DNA from: Planktothrix sp. GU0601_MAG3
Lineage (GTDB): Bacteria > Cyanobacteriota > Cyanobacteriia > Cyanobacteriales > Microcoleaceae
Length of the DNA: 64,000 nucleotides
Assembly (NCBI GenBank): GCA_035193785.1
Contig: CP136572.1
Coordinates: 3,252,578 to 3,316,577 of the forward strand
Direction of reading: 5' to 3'
Each line of letters opens with the position of its first letter. The first letter of the stretch is position 1. Below, one piece after another: positions 1-11,314 of the stretch. Under the pieces are notes generated by a model. That model saw nothing but the letters and a program-made list of their open reading frames with translations, was not told where the DNA came from and made no database searches. A program made the translations under genes and the position numbers.

Positions 1-1378
1 GATACCTTAATCGACAAAATGTTATTGGGTAAACTCCACGACCCCTTGATTCATTTGGTGAATAATGCTATTACCCACGGGATTGAACCAGCCGATGTTC
101 GGACGGCGGCGGGGAAATCGGCGGTGGGCCGAATTTCGATTCGGGTATTTCACCAAGGAAACCAAACGATTATTGCGGTTTCCGATGATGGGAGTGGTAT
201 TGATGTCAACCGGGTGAAAAATAAGGCGATTCAGAAAGGCATCATTACCGCCGAAGATGCCGAAAGTATGAGTAACCCGGAAATTTATGATCTGTTATTC
301 TTGCCCAACTTTAGTACGAAGGATGTGGCGGATGAATTCGCGGGTCGTGGGGTGGGGATGGATGTGGTGCGCACCAGTTTAACCGATATTCGGGGCGCGA
401 TCACGACGGATTCTACCCTGGGACGCGGGACGACGTTTACGATTCGTTTGCCCCTGAATATGAGTATTTCTAGGGCGTTGTGTTGTGTGAGCGATCGGGT
501 GCGGATTGCTTTCCCGATGGATGGGGTGGAGGATATGATTGATGTTCCTCGGGAACAAATCCGCATCGAGTCCGATGACAGTAGGGTGTTGGAATGGCGG
601 GGTACAATGTTGCCCCTACGTCATTTGCGGGAACTATTGACCTATCATCGCCATTTGGGTCGGGGGAATGTCTATGGTGCAAATGTTGAAGAAGACATGA
701 TTTCGGTGATTGTCCTGCGGTCTTCTAGCAGTTATTTGGCGGTGCAGGTGGATCAGGTGTTGATTGAACAGGAAATTGTGATCAAACCCTTAGAAGGCCC
801 TGTGCCGAAACCGATTGGGATTGCTGGGGCGACGGTGTTAGGGGATGGTCAAATTGTGGCGATCGCCGATGTTCTGGAATTGATTGATTTGGCCATGGGT
901 CGGATTCGTCGGGATGCTTCGGGCAAGATTTGGCAGATGGGCAGTGCCACGGCTGAACCGCAGGTTTCAGAAGTCGGAGCCGACGGTGTTAATTGTGGAT
1001 GACTCGATTACGGTGCGATCGCTCCTTTCGATTACGTTTGAAAAATCCGGTTATCGTGTGGAAGAAGCCCGGGATGGTAAGGAAGCCTGGGAAAAACTAA
1101 AATCGGGTTTACCCTGCGATATTGTCTTCTGTGATATTGAAATGCCCCGGATGGATGGGTTGGAATTATTATCTCGGATGCAAAAAGATCCGGCGTTAAC
1201 GGATTTACCCATTGCTATGTTGACGTCTCGCGGTGCGGATCGTCACCGTCAAATGGCGTTTAATTTGGGGGCAAAAGGTTACTTCACCAAACCCTATTTG
1301 GAGGAGCAATTATTAGAGGCAGCCGGACGAATGTTACAGGGTGAAGTCGTGGGAAATACGATGGTTGCTGCGGGGTAA
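1..1378 (+). CDS. CheA-like hybrid chemotaxis/pilus kinase, C-terminal part (HATPase-CheW-receiver); 5' truncated; apparent frameshift at GTTTC 964-968
   Basis: HLVNNAITHG, DDGSGID and GRGVGMDVV kinase boxes, then a CheW domain. Removing one T joins QVQKSEPTVLIVDDS to the receiver domain (DIEMPRMDG). Confidence 0.9.
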
Positions 1379-1384
1379 TAGTTG

Positions 1385-1480
1385 ATCGCGGATTAAACTG
1401 ATTTCACTGATTTCACTGATTTAACTTCATTAACTATTAAAAAGATTTGTTAACAGTTAATGAACCGTAATCCGTGAAAT
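1385..1480. repeat. Degenerate copy of the GATTAA/AATCCGTGAAAT intergenic repeat family
   Basis: gatcgcggattaaa...gatttcact repeats...aatccgtgaaat, similar to 4317-4470 and 44274-44337. Confidence 0.45.
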
Positions 1481-2709
1481 CATCTTAATCGGTTTGATCC
1501 GTGTTCTGGTGTTAATTTTAATGGAAATAAATGTTGTAATTTTTGTTGACGTTGTTGTTCAGATTCTTCTGACCAATTCCATAAACTTTCATAGAAAAAG
1601 AAAGATACCCCAGCAAAGTTGTGTTTGCGGATTTCTGCTATTTGTTTTTCTATAATATTCATCGGAGTTGAACGATTTTTTAAGCCGCTTAGAATTCCAA
1701 TAGCTACGGGAATATGATTTTTTGCTAAGGTAACTTCTGAACGTTCTAACTCCGTGATAAATCGGTTTAAATCAGAACGATAAATTTGTAAAACCAGTTC
1801 TTCTATCCATCCTTTTTGTTCCCAAGTAAACCAATCTTGTAGGTAAGCGGGTAGGGAAAAATGTAAGGGATTTGGGGATAAAGATACAATACATTTGGGT
1901 TTAACTGATTTGATGGTTTCAAAGGTTTTTTTCATCAATTGATTGATTTTATCGGCTCTCCATCTGACCCAATAGGTTTCATAAAAGTCAGGAGAAGGCG
2001 ATTGTCCGTTATGCTCTTTTTGATATAATTTAATAGTATAATCATCGTAGCCAAATTCCGCAGGTAAACCGAAATGATCATCAAATTGAATCCCATCAAT
2101 ATTATAATTTTTCACGATTTCAGTAATTAAATCTAACATAAATTGTTGCACTTCAGGATGGAAAGGATTTAACCAAACCCGTTCTTCAACTCCTTCTTTT
2201 TTAATCGCACTACCGTCTTGTTTTCGAGTGAGCCAATTCGGATGTTTTTTAACTAATTCTGAACCAGCAGGAGCCATAAACCCAAATTCAAACCAAGGAA
2301 TAATGGTAAAATTCTGTTGATGTCCTTGAGTTACGATTTCCTGTAAAACATCTCTTTTTTCTAATCCCGGGTTAGGATCAATTGGAACTCCAAACACTCT
2401 TTGAGCAACGGAACTGGGATATAAAGTATAACCTCCTTGCCAAATAGTCGGATATAGGGTATTAAAATTTAGGGATTTTAAGCGTTGTAATCCAGAGGTT
2501 AAATGCTGGGGAGAATATAAAATATCACTATCAACATTAGTTAACCAAACTCCCCTAATTTCTGGGGAATGGGGTAAACTCTGACTCCAAGATTGTTGAA
2601 AATTAATGAGCAAAAATATGGCGATCGCTAGAAAAGAATAAACGGAAAATTTGAAAAAAATTCTGTTGAAAAAAAGTTTGACCGAATTTTGAAAATATTT
2701 AAAAAACAT
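1480..2709 (-). CDS. Secreted glycoside hydrolase family 10-like protein (DUF187/YngK type)
   Basis: EIRGVWLT, PWFEFGF, WLNPFHPEVQ and DGIQFDDHF motifs; N-terminal hydrophobic segment. Confidence 0.85.
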   Translation of the reverse strand: MFFKYFQNSVKLFFNRIFFKFSVYSFLAIAIFLLINFQQSWSQSLPHSPEIRGVWLTNVDSDILYSPQHLTSGLQRLKSLNFNTLYPTIWQGGYTLYPSSVAQRVFGVPIDPNPGLEKRDVLQEIVTQGHQQNFTIIPWFEFGFMAPAGSELVKKHPNWLTRKQDGSAIKKEGVEERVWLNPFHPEVQQFMLDLITEIVKNYNIDGIQFDDHFGLPAEFGYDDYTIKLYQKEHNGQSPSPDFYETYWVRWRADKINQLMKKTFETIKSVKPKCIVSLSPNPLHFSLPAYLQDWFTWEQKGWIEELVLQIYRSDLNRFITELERSEVTLAKNHIPVAIGILSGLKNRSTPMNIIEKQIAEIRKHNFAGVSFFFYESLWNWSEESEQQRQQKLQHLFPLKLTPEHGSNRLR

Positions 2710-2809
2710 GAATAAATAGAAAATTGATCACAAAAAATTTTACAAGTTGTTCAAGTTATGAGATATATAAGGATCAAGCTAATCTTAACCGAGAACCGAG
2801 GTTAATTAT

Positions 2810-4245
2810 ATGAATGAATTCCAAGCCCACCGTATTCGAGAAAATAATAGCACAAATATTGTATTTAATCTGTTAAACTCTAGTCCTTCTTTTTATAATC
2901 AACCTGAAGTTACCATCAGCTTTAACCCAAAGGTCGAAATTCTCTCGCCCATTCCCCAAGGTAGGGAAGACACTCAAACAACTTCAGGGAGTGGTAATAT
3001 TCTTGAACCTCCTACCCCGGTTATTCCCCAACCTCAACCCCCCGTAACTCCTCCGGTTTCCCACCCTTCCCCCTTCACCTCCCCCCACGCCCACAACACC
3101 ACCGACACCAACAACCCCAACTCCTACCCCGACAACTCCCACCCCGACAACTCCTACCCCGACAACTTCCACCCCGACAACTCCTACCCCGACAACTCCC
3201 ACCCCGACAACTCCCACCCCGACAACTCCCACCCCGACAACTCCTACCCCCACCCCAATCACAACATCTTTAGTTCAGGGAAGCGAGGGGAATGATACCT
3301 TGTTAGGAACCGAGAGACAAGATTTAGTCGCTGGTTTAGGGGGAGATGACCTAATTTCAGGATTTCAGGGGGATGATTCCCTAAATGGGAATGCAGGTAA
3401 TGATATTCTCTATGGCGGTCAAAATAACGATACCCTGGTGGGAGAAGGGGGAAATGACCTGCTACAAGGAAATAAAGGGGATGATTTAATCAATGGAGGG
3501 GCGGATAACGATAGCCTCTATGGGGGAATTAATAATGATACTCTCTTAGGTGAGGATGGTCGAGATCTGCTTTTCGGTGATAACAGTGATGATAGTATGA
3601 ATGGGGGACTGCGTAGCGATACCCTTTATGGCGGAGAAGATAATGATACCCTGCTCGGAGCAGAGGATGATGATTTTATCTATGGTGGTCAGGGGGAAGA
3701 TTCCCTTGTCGGGGGTCTAGGGAATGATTTTCTGCGGGGGGATAAGCAAAATGATCGGGTCAATGGCGGTAAAGGTGATGATAGCCTTTATGGAGGTCTA
3801 GGGAATGATACCCTGATTGGTGGTGCTGGCAATGATTTCGTGAGTGGTGATAAGGGAAATGATGTTCTGATTGGTGTTGACCCCAATTCTCAACCGGCGG
3901 GATTTGTGGAAATTGATACTTTAATCGGCGGAGTGGGGAATGATACCTTTGTTTTAGGAGATGGAACCCAAACCTATTATGTTAATGGGGCGGGAAGTAT
4001 CATTGGCTTTGTGGATTATGCCTTAATTCTTAATTTTAATCCCACCGAAGATGTGATCCTTTTGGGCCCTGGTAATTATTTACCCGCCGCCTCCCCGGAA
4101 AATTTACCCCAAGGAAACAGCAATCTATTTATTAACTGGAGAACAGACAGAATTGATTGCCATTCTTGATGGTATCACTGACTTTAAATTTGATACGAAT
4201 ATTGGTCAACCGGGTAGTCCGATTCAATTTGCGGGAGGAAGTTAA
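2810..4245 (+). CDS. RTX-type Ca-binding protein with Pro/Thr-rich linker; apparent frameshifts at 3056-3060 and 4114-4118
   Basis: Many GGxGxDxL nonapeptides. The corrected frame reads PTPTT repeats into the RTX block and ends GTAIYLL...FAGGS* at 4245. Confidence 0.85.
3120..3256 (+). repeat. 15-bp coding tandem repeat (actccYaccccgaca; TPTPT), about 8 copies
   Basis: Directly visible tandem copies. Confidence 0.9.
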
Positions 4246-4298
4246 TCAGTTATCAGTCATCAGTTAACAGTTAACAGTTAAGAGTTAACAGTTTTCAG
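4246..4298. repeat. Heptamer tandem repeat (cagttaa/cagttat), STRR-like
   Basis: cagttat cagtcat cagttaa cagttaa cagttaa gagttaa. Confidence 0.8.
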
Positions 4299-4316
4299 TC
4301 TATTCCCCATTACCTA

Positions 4317-4470
4317 TCACGGATTTAATAGGATTACGCAGATTAACACAGATTAAAATCCGTGAAATTCGTGAAATCCTCTTAAATCCGCATCACTGAT
4401 TAAACGGATTACGCAGATTAACACAGATTAAAATCCGTGAAATCCGTGAAATCCTCTTAAATCCGTGATC
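4317..4470. repeat. Two tandem copies of an intergenic repeat of about 70 bp
   Basis: gattacgcagattaacacagattaaaatccgtgaaatYcgtgaaatcctcttaaatccg occurs twice; a third copy is at 44274-44337. Confidence 0.85.
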
Positions 4471-4499
4471 ACTATTTCCCATTTCCTATATCTAAAAAT

Positions 4500-4982
4500 A
4501 TGAAGTTTACCCCCGTTGCGATCGCATTGGGGAGTAATTTGGGAGACTCTAAAACAACAGTTAAAACCGCGTTAGGTCTCCTAAATCAGCATCCCCAGAT
4601 CGAAGTAAAATCCTGTTCGAGTTGGTATCAAACTGCTCCGGTTGGCCCTCCACAGCCGGATTATATTAATGGTTGTGCTATTCTGGAAGTTCAACTCAAA
4701 CCTGATAGTCTTTTAGAAATACTATTGGCGATTGAAAGCCAACTGGGACGAGTCAGACGAGAACATTGGGGGCCAAGAACCCTTGACCTAGATTTACTTT
4801 TGTTTGATAATTTAATCTGGGAAACATCAACTTTACAAATTCCCCATCCCCGGATGAGAGAACGGGCATTTGTATTAATTCCTCTGGCGGAAATCGCCCC
4901 GAATTGGGTTGATCCTGTGACGCAAAAAACTATGCTTCAACTTTTGGAAACCGTTGATTGTTCAGGAATTCAAAGACTTTAA
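4500..4982 (+). CDS. folK: 2-amino-4-hydroxy-6-hydroxymethyldihydropteridine diphosphokinase
   Basis: ALGSNLG, WGPRTLDLDLL and IPHPRMRERAFVL motifs. Confidence 0.95.
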   Translation: MKFTPVAIALGSNLGDSKTTVKTALGLLNQHPQIEVKSCSSWYQTAPVGPPQPDYINGCAILEVQLKPDSLLEILLAIESQLGRVRREHWGPRTLDLDLLLFDNLIWETSTLQIPHPRMRERAFVLIPLAEIAPNWVDPVTQKTMLQLLETVDCSGIQRL

Positions 4983-5013
4983 TTTTTTTAACCCTAATTA
5001 CTCTTAAAATATT

Positions 5014-5568
5014 ATGACCAAGCCTGGATCGGAACCCCCAACCATTTTACAAAATCGCCTGTTTTATCAAGGAAGAAAGTTCAGTTTTGATGTCAATACT
5101 TTACGTCTTCCCAATGGAGTAGAAGGGGACTGGGAATGTATTCGTCATCCGGGAGGGGCGTTAGTAATTCCGGTGACTTCAGAAGGAAAATTAGTCCTAG
5201 TCAAACAATATCGGTTTGCAGTCTCAGGAAGAACTTTAGAATTTCCGGCTGGAACAATTGAACTGAATGAAGATCCCGCCGAAACTGTTAAGCGAGAAAT
5301 TGAAGAAGAAACCGGATATCGCGCCCATCGCTGGCAAAAATTAGGACAATTTATATTAGCCCCGGGTTATTGTGATGAAATTATTTATGCGTTTTTAGCC
5401 CAAGATTTAGAAAAGTTAGAAACGCCCCCGCAACAGGATGAGGATGAAGATATCGAGACGGTTTTAATGACTCCCAAAGACCTAGAACAAGCCATTTTAG
5501 ACGGTGAACCTGTGGATGCTAAAACAATTTCTAGTTTTCTGTTAGCTAAACCATTTTTAAAGATTTAA
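5014..5568 (+). CDS. NUDIX hydrolase (ADP-ribose pyrophosphatase-like)
   Basis: Nudix box EFPAG...REIEEETGY. Confidence 0.9.
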   Translation: MTKPGSEPPTILQNRLFYQGRKFSFDVNTLRLPNGVEGDWECIRHPGGALVIPVTSEGKLVLVKQYRFAVSGRTLEFPAGTIELNEDPAETVKREIEEETGYRAHRWQKLGQFILAPGYCDEIIYAFLAQDLEKLETPPQQDEDEDIETVLMTPKDLEQAILDGEPVDAKTISSFLLAKPFLKI

Positions 5569-5642
5569 TCTTCAATCTGAATGATTAATTTAGATTAAAG
5601 TAGGATAAAATAAACATAGTTTATATACTAAAATCCCATCCT

Positions 5643-7095
5643 ATGTCTGAAGATTTAATTTTATTTTGGCATCGACGAGATCTGAGAATTGATGATAATT
5701 TAGGACTGTTTAATGCTTGTCAATCAAGTTCTAAAGTGATCGGTTTATTTTGCTTAGATCCCAATATTTTAAACCGAGATGATATCGCCCCAGTACGGGT
5801 TCACTATATGATTGGTTGTTTGCAATATCTACAGAAAGAATATCAAAAATTAGGCAGTCAATTATTAATATTAGAGGGAAAACCTCAAGAAATGATTCCT
5901 AAATTAGCCAGGGAATTGAAGGCGAAAGCGGTTTATTTTAATTTAGATGTTGAACCCTTTGCTAGAGAACGCGATCGCATCGTTTCAGAAGCGTTAAATT
6001 CCATAGGAATTATCACAAAAACCACTTGGGATCAGTTATTCCATTCCCCTGATCAAATCTCAACCCAATCCCAAGAACCCTATAAAGTTTATACTCCCTT
6101 TTGGCGTAATTTTAATCTTAAACCCAAAGCTAAACCCAAACCTCCCCTCTCTCCCACCTTAATCGGTTTAACCGAAACCGAACAGGAATTAGCCCAAAAA
6201 ATCGGCGTTATTCCCTTACCTTCAGCCCCAAAATTAGGCTTTATTTGGGAAAATTCCTTAATCTTAGAACCCGGGGAAATAGCCGCCCAAGAAACGCCTG
6301 GAGGAATTTTGCGATCGCGCTTTATATGAATATGACGAACAGCGAAACTTTCCCGCTATTGATGGCACTTCTCAACTAAGTGCAGCCTTGAGATTTGGGG
6401 TTATTAGTATTAGAAAAGTCTGGGAAAAAACCCTCGAAGCCATGAAAAATTGTCGCAGCGATGAAGGGAGAAAACAAATTCAATCCTGGCAACAGGAACT
6501 GGCTTGGCGGGAATTTTATCAACACGCTTTATATCATTTTCCTGAATTAGAATTAGGGGCTTATCGCGAACCCTTTAAGACCTTTCCTTGGCATAATAAT
6601 GAACGACATTTTCAAGCCTGGTGTGCGGGAAAAACCGGTTATCCAATTGTTGATGCGGCCATGCGACAATTAAACGAAAGTGGCTGGATGCACAACCGAT
6701 GTCGGATGATTGTGGCTAGTTTTTTAACTAAGGATTTAATTATTAATTGGCAGTGGGGAGAAAAATACTTTATGCAAACCCTAATGGATGGAGATTTAGC
6801 TGCTAATAATGGGGGTTGGCAATGGAGTGCATCTAGTGGTATGGATACTAAACCGTTAAGAATTTTTAACCCCGCCAGTCAAGCCCAAAAGTTTGATTCC
6901 GAAGCCGAATATATTCGCCAATGGTTGCCGGAATTAAGAAGTTTAGATCCAGAATTATTAGTAACTGGAAAAATATCAACTCGCGATCGCAAATCCTGCG
7001 GTTATCCCGAACCCATTGTCGATCATAATCAACAGCAACGTCTGTTTAAACAACTCTATCAAGCCCAAAAAATTGAGCAAAGTGGGGTGCTATAG
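5643..7095 (+). CDS. phrA: Class I CPD DNA photolyase; apparent frameshift at GAAAC 6291-6295
   Basis: [33 protein letters not shown] and WMHNRCRM motifs; deleting one A joins the two halves. Confidence 0.92.
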
Positions 7096-7130
7096 ACGAT
7101 TAATGGGTAAGGGAGGGTATGGGCAGATCA

Positions 7131-8787
7131 TTACCCTTTCCAAACAAAAACTTTAGCTTCATATTCGGGTAAATCAATCAGAATATTATCATCTCCCGAT
7201 TGAATATCATAATTACTTGTCCACTCATGCCAAGTCCCATTGGCTGGGAAGTGGGGAAACTTGATAACCTGCAAAATAATTATCAGAGAAATTCACAACC
7301 ACCACAATCCGAGAACCTTGATCATTCCATCGGGTATAAGCTAAGATTTTATTATCAGGATCTTCATGGAAAAAATCAATATTGCCACTATATAAAGCAG
7401 GATTAGTTTCCCGCAGAAAAATCAAGCCTTTATAATGTTCAAATAAACTCTGATTACTGTCATTTTTCAAGAGTTTCCAATCCAGTTTTGCCGATTCAAT
7501 GGTTTTGGGTTTATATTCTCCAAATTCTTCCCCCATCCAAATCATCGGAATACCTACGGCTGTGATTAATAATGCCACCCCTAATTTCACCCGTTTAAAG
7601 ACTTCATCATCAAAAATTCCGCGATTTCCTAACTCCACAATCAAACGATTATGATCATGATTTCCCAAATAATTCACAATATTATTCGGCCCCATAAACC
7701 CTTGACGTTTACCATCTAAAACATCTTTGAGTTGTTCTAAATCAAAGGTATCGCCACATAAATGATCCGTGAGAGTATGATAAAAACTATCATGCCAACA
7801 GCCATCCATCGGCCCATCACTGTTAGTAATACTGGGGCTTTCCGGCACATATTCCGCCACATTATAAAAAGGTTTTACCCCGGCTGCTTGCTTGGCTTCC
7901 TGCACGACCCAACTCATAAAATCATAGTTTCCCAGTTGCTTGGCTGCATCATAACGAATACCATCAATATGATATTCTTTCACCCAAAATCTGATCGTAT
8001 CACCAATAAATTTGCGAGCCGGATAGGTGCCTAATTGTTCATCATATTGTTCATAATTAAATTCGGGGCCCCAGTTACATTCCGTATCTTGCTGGCTATG
8101 GTGATACCAATAATCATGATCAATTTGAGTTAAGGGACAGGAGGCTTCGGAATGGTTATAAACCCCATCAATTAATACTCGAATTCCTCGCCCGTGACAT
8201 TCATCAATGAGTTTTTTTAATTGTTCGGTTGTGCCATAACTAGACTCGGACGCGAAGAAATAGCGAGGATTATATCCCCAACTATGATCCCCTGGATGTT
8301 CTTTGACGGGCATTAATTCAATGGCATTTATTCCCAATTCACACAAATAATCTAACTTTTCCATAACGTGTTGATATTTACCCCGGGAATGGATGTCATC
8401 TTCTCCCCCGGAAAAATCCCCGACGTGCATTTCATAAATCACTAATTCATGATCGGGCGGTAAGGGTTTATCATCATTTTTCCAAACATAAGTATCAACA
8501 ATTTTTTCCCCGTCTTTAATCCTAATAATCCCATTTTGAGTCCCATCATCAATATCCGTGGCGTAGGGGTCAACAACCTCTATCCACTCGTCAGGTTCTA
8601 AAAACCAACTTCTGGAACGGACTCGAAATTTGTATTGATAGATTTCATCTTCTAACTCAACTTGAGTCCGAAAATAACCCTTATCATCCCTCTGCATTGG
8701 AATATCTTTCCAGTTAGAAAAATTTCCGATTAAAGCGACTTCTTTATTATAGGGAGCGAAAAGAGAAAATTCGATTAAGTTGGACAT
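7131..8787 (-). CDS. GH13 alpha-amylase family enzyme with N-terminal CBM48-like domain; apparent frameshift at 7256-7260
   Basis: YEMHVGDF, SWGYNP, DGIRYDA and NHDH motifs; corrected C-terminus is ...VPHFPANGTW...KVFVWKG*. Confidence 0.88.
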
Positions 8788-8991
8788 TTTTTATTGATAA
8801 ATCTACCTGCATTCGTGATTATATAGAATAGCATTCCATAAATCATCTATCAAAAGAATGAGATATAATTTATTTGTGTTATTTGTGAGCTATTTATATT
8901 TTGATCTGGGCCTTCAAGCTCAACCCTAGTCAAGATGGATCTAGTTGAGTAAACTAGAAATTAATCTAATAATTAATTCAGGGATAAACTA

Positions 8992-10068
8992 ATGTCAGAA
9001 GGTTTTTTACTCAGTCGTCTGCTTTTACGTTTTGATACAGCCAATAATCTGCTATTAAATAACTTATCTGGGGTGGCGTTAACACCCGATGGAAATTTAT
9101 GGTTAGGGGCCGATGAAGGCACAGGAATTGAGCGATTTTCTCCCCTTGAACCCTCGGTTTTTGGTCAGCATCAACATTTTGAATTAGGAAATTTTATTCC
9201 CTTAAATAATCAAGCCGAAGAAATTGATATTGAAGGCTTAGATTATGATAATTCCTATCTTTGGTTGGTCGGTTCCCATAGTTTTAAACGCAAAAAACCC
9301 AAGGGAAAAGATTCCGGTTTAGATATTGAGCGTTTAAGCCAAATTAAAGCGGAACAGAATCGTTATCTTTTAGCCCGTATCCCGATGAAAAATGGGGAGT
9401 TAGTTCAGTCTTTTTCCTCTCCTGAGTTGGGTGGTCAAACCCTGCGAGCCGCTGTTCTGCAAACGACTGAAAACGGCAATCAACTGATGGAATCTTTAAA
9501 AACAGATGAACATTTAGGTTTATTTATATCAACGTCTCTCCCCTCCAAGGAAAATGGATTGGATATCGAAGGTTTAGCGGTTGATAAAAATAAAATTTTC
9601 TTAGGATTACGGGGGCCAGTTTTACGCGGATTTGCAATTATTTTAGAATTAGAAGTCGAAGAAAAAAAAACCGGAGTTTTAAGCCTCAAAGAAATCGGCG
9701 AGCAGGGAAAACCCTATCGAAAGCACTTTTTTGAATTAATGGGTTTAGGAATTCGAGATTTATGTTTACAGGGGGAAAATTTAATTATTTTAGCAGGGCC
9801 GACCATGGATTTATCAGCAACCTCGAAGGTCTATCTTTGGAAAAATGCTTTAACTCAATCTGGGAATACAATTACCTATGTTAATTCTGATCAGTTAGAG
9901 GTTTTATTCGATATCCCTGTCTGTTTGGATGGGGATAAACCAGAGGGATTAGAGCTCTTTAATAGTTTAGGACAACCCGGTTTATTAGTTGTGTATGATT
10001 CTCCCAATCCTGGGCGAATTTTATCTGAGCAGGAAGTGTTTGCAGATATTTTCCATTTGTCCCACTAG
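8992..10068 (+). CDS. DUF3616 family protein
   Basis: EIDIEGL, GSHS, KENGLDIEGL, LGLRGPVLRG and LGIRDL motifs. Confidence 0.75.
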   Translation: MSEGFLLSRLLLRFDTANNLLLNNLSGVALTPDGNLWLGADEGTGIERFSPLEPSVFGQHQHFELGNFIPLNNQAEEIDIEGLDYDNSYLWLVGSHSFKRKKPKGKDSGLDIERLSQIKAEQNRYLLARIPMKNGELVQSFSSPELGGQTLRAAVLQTTENGNQLMESLKTDEHLGLFISTSLPSKENGLDIEGLAVDKNKIFLGLRGPVLRGFAIILELEVEEKKTGVLSLKEIGEQGKPYRKHFFELMGLGIRDLCLQGENLIILAGPTMDLSATSKVYLWKNALTQSGNTITYVNSDQLEVLFDIPVCLDGDKPEGLELFNSLGQPGLLVVYDSPNPGRILSEQEVFADIFHLSH

Positions 10069-10094
10069 AGTAGAGTCAGACAAAATAACCCCCA

Positions 10095-10233
10095 AAAAAT
10101 AATAGAGAGTCACAACCGATAAATCGATTGAATTGACTCTCCGTTTCCACCAGACTAACCAGAGGGAATAAAGGATTGCACCCAGTACGCTTACTAATAT
10201 AGGGGGCTCTCCTCTAGTCGTGCCTCTATCTAT
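10095..10233 (-). ncRNA. Candidate small RNA of about 140 nt
   Basis: Extended -10 (TGcTAATCT, 10240-10248 on minus), hairpin 10105-10141 followed by a U-rich run, no credible ORF. Confidence 0.35.
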
Positions 10234-10329
10234 AGATAGAGATTAGCAGAAAAATCTTTAACAATCAAACGGTGTCACCTTTGAGTAAAGTGTTGGGTCT
10301 GATACCCCATGGGTTTCTCCCCCGATCTT

Positions 10330-11278
10330 CTAAAGATAAAATTCGGGTTTTAAATCCCTTTCCATTAAAGATTCTACGGCTTTTTGGGGGGTGATTTGAT
10401 GATTTAAAAGCTGATAAACTTGCCAGGAAATGGGTATGGGAATCCGTTCCCGATGGGCAATTTCAATTAAAACATTAGTGGTATTTACACCTTCGGCTGT
10501 GCTCCCTAATTCCGTTAATACTTGTTCTAAGGTTTTGCCCTCTGCTAATCCATAACCAACCCGATAATTACGACTTAAAGCACTATTACAAGTGGTTAAC
10601 ATATCCCCCAAACCGGATAATCCAAAAAACGTTTCTGTTTTCCCCCCTAAATGGGTTCCAATTCTAATAATTTCGGTTAGGGCACGGGTTAATAATGCGG
10701 ATTTAGCATTAGTTCCTAACTGTAACCCATCGCAAACCCCCGCCGCGATCGCAATTACATTTTTTAGGGTTCCTCCTAATTCTGTCCCCATCGGATCGGA
10801 AACTGGTATAAACTCGAAATCGATTAGAAGCAAATACCCTTTGTACAATCTTTGCCGCCTCTAAATCTTCACTGGCTACCACCGTGGCGGCGGGTAAACC
10901 CTGTTCAATTTCTGCGGATAAATTCGGCCCGGATAAAACCACAATTGGATGGTCAGGAAACCCCATTCCCCAAAGTTGGGAAGGAGTACGGGTACTATGG
11001 GGATCTAAACCTTTTGTGGCGGTGACAATGGGGATTTGATCGGATAATTTTAGGGTTTGCAGTTGTTCGATGGTGGGGGTAACTCCTGTCATCGAAACCG
11101 CAGAAACTAAGACATCAATGGAGTTGATACTTTCGGCTAAGGAATTGCCTAAATGCCGTGACCATATCTGGACAGTATGACCATTATAATGGGCTAATTT
11201 GGCTAGGGCAGAACCCCAAGCCCCCGCACCTAAAATGGCTAAGGTTAAGGGGTGATCGGACACAGGAACATGAACCAT
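10330..11278 (-). CDS. gpsA: NAD(P)H-dependent glycerol-3-phosphate dehydrogenase; apparent frameshift at 10799-10803
   Basis: GAGAWG, SGPNL, GGTLKNVIAIAAG and GLGDMLTTC motifs. Confidence 0.93.
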
Positions 11279-11314
11279 AATGGTAGAATCTTAAATGATA
11301 ATCTCAATCGGAGC

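Noticed and set aside
2984..3262. GV-rich minus-strand ORF
   Set aside because: Antisense shadow of the Pro/Thr repeat.
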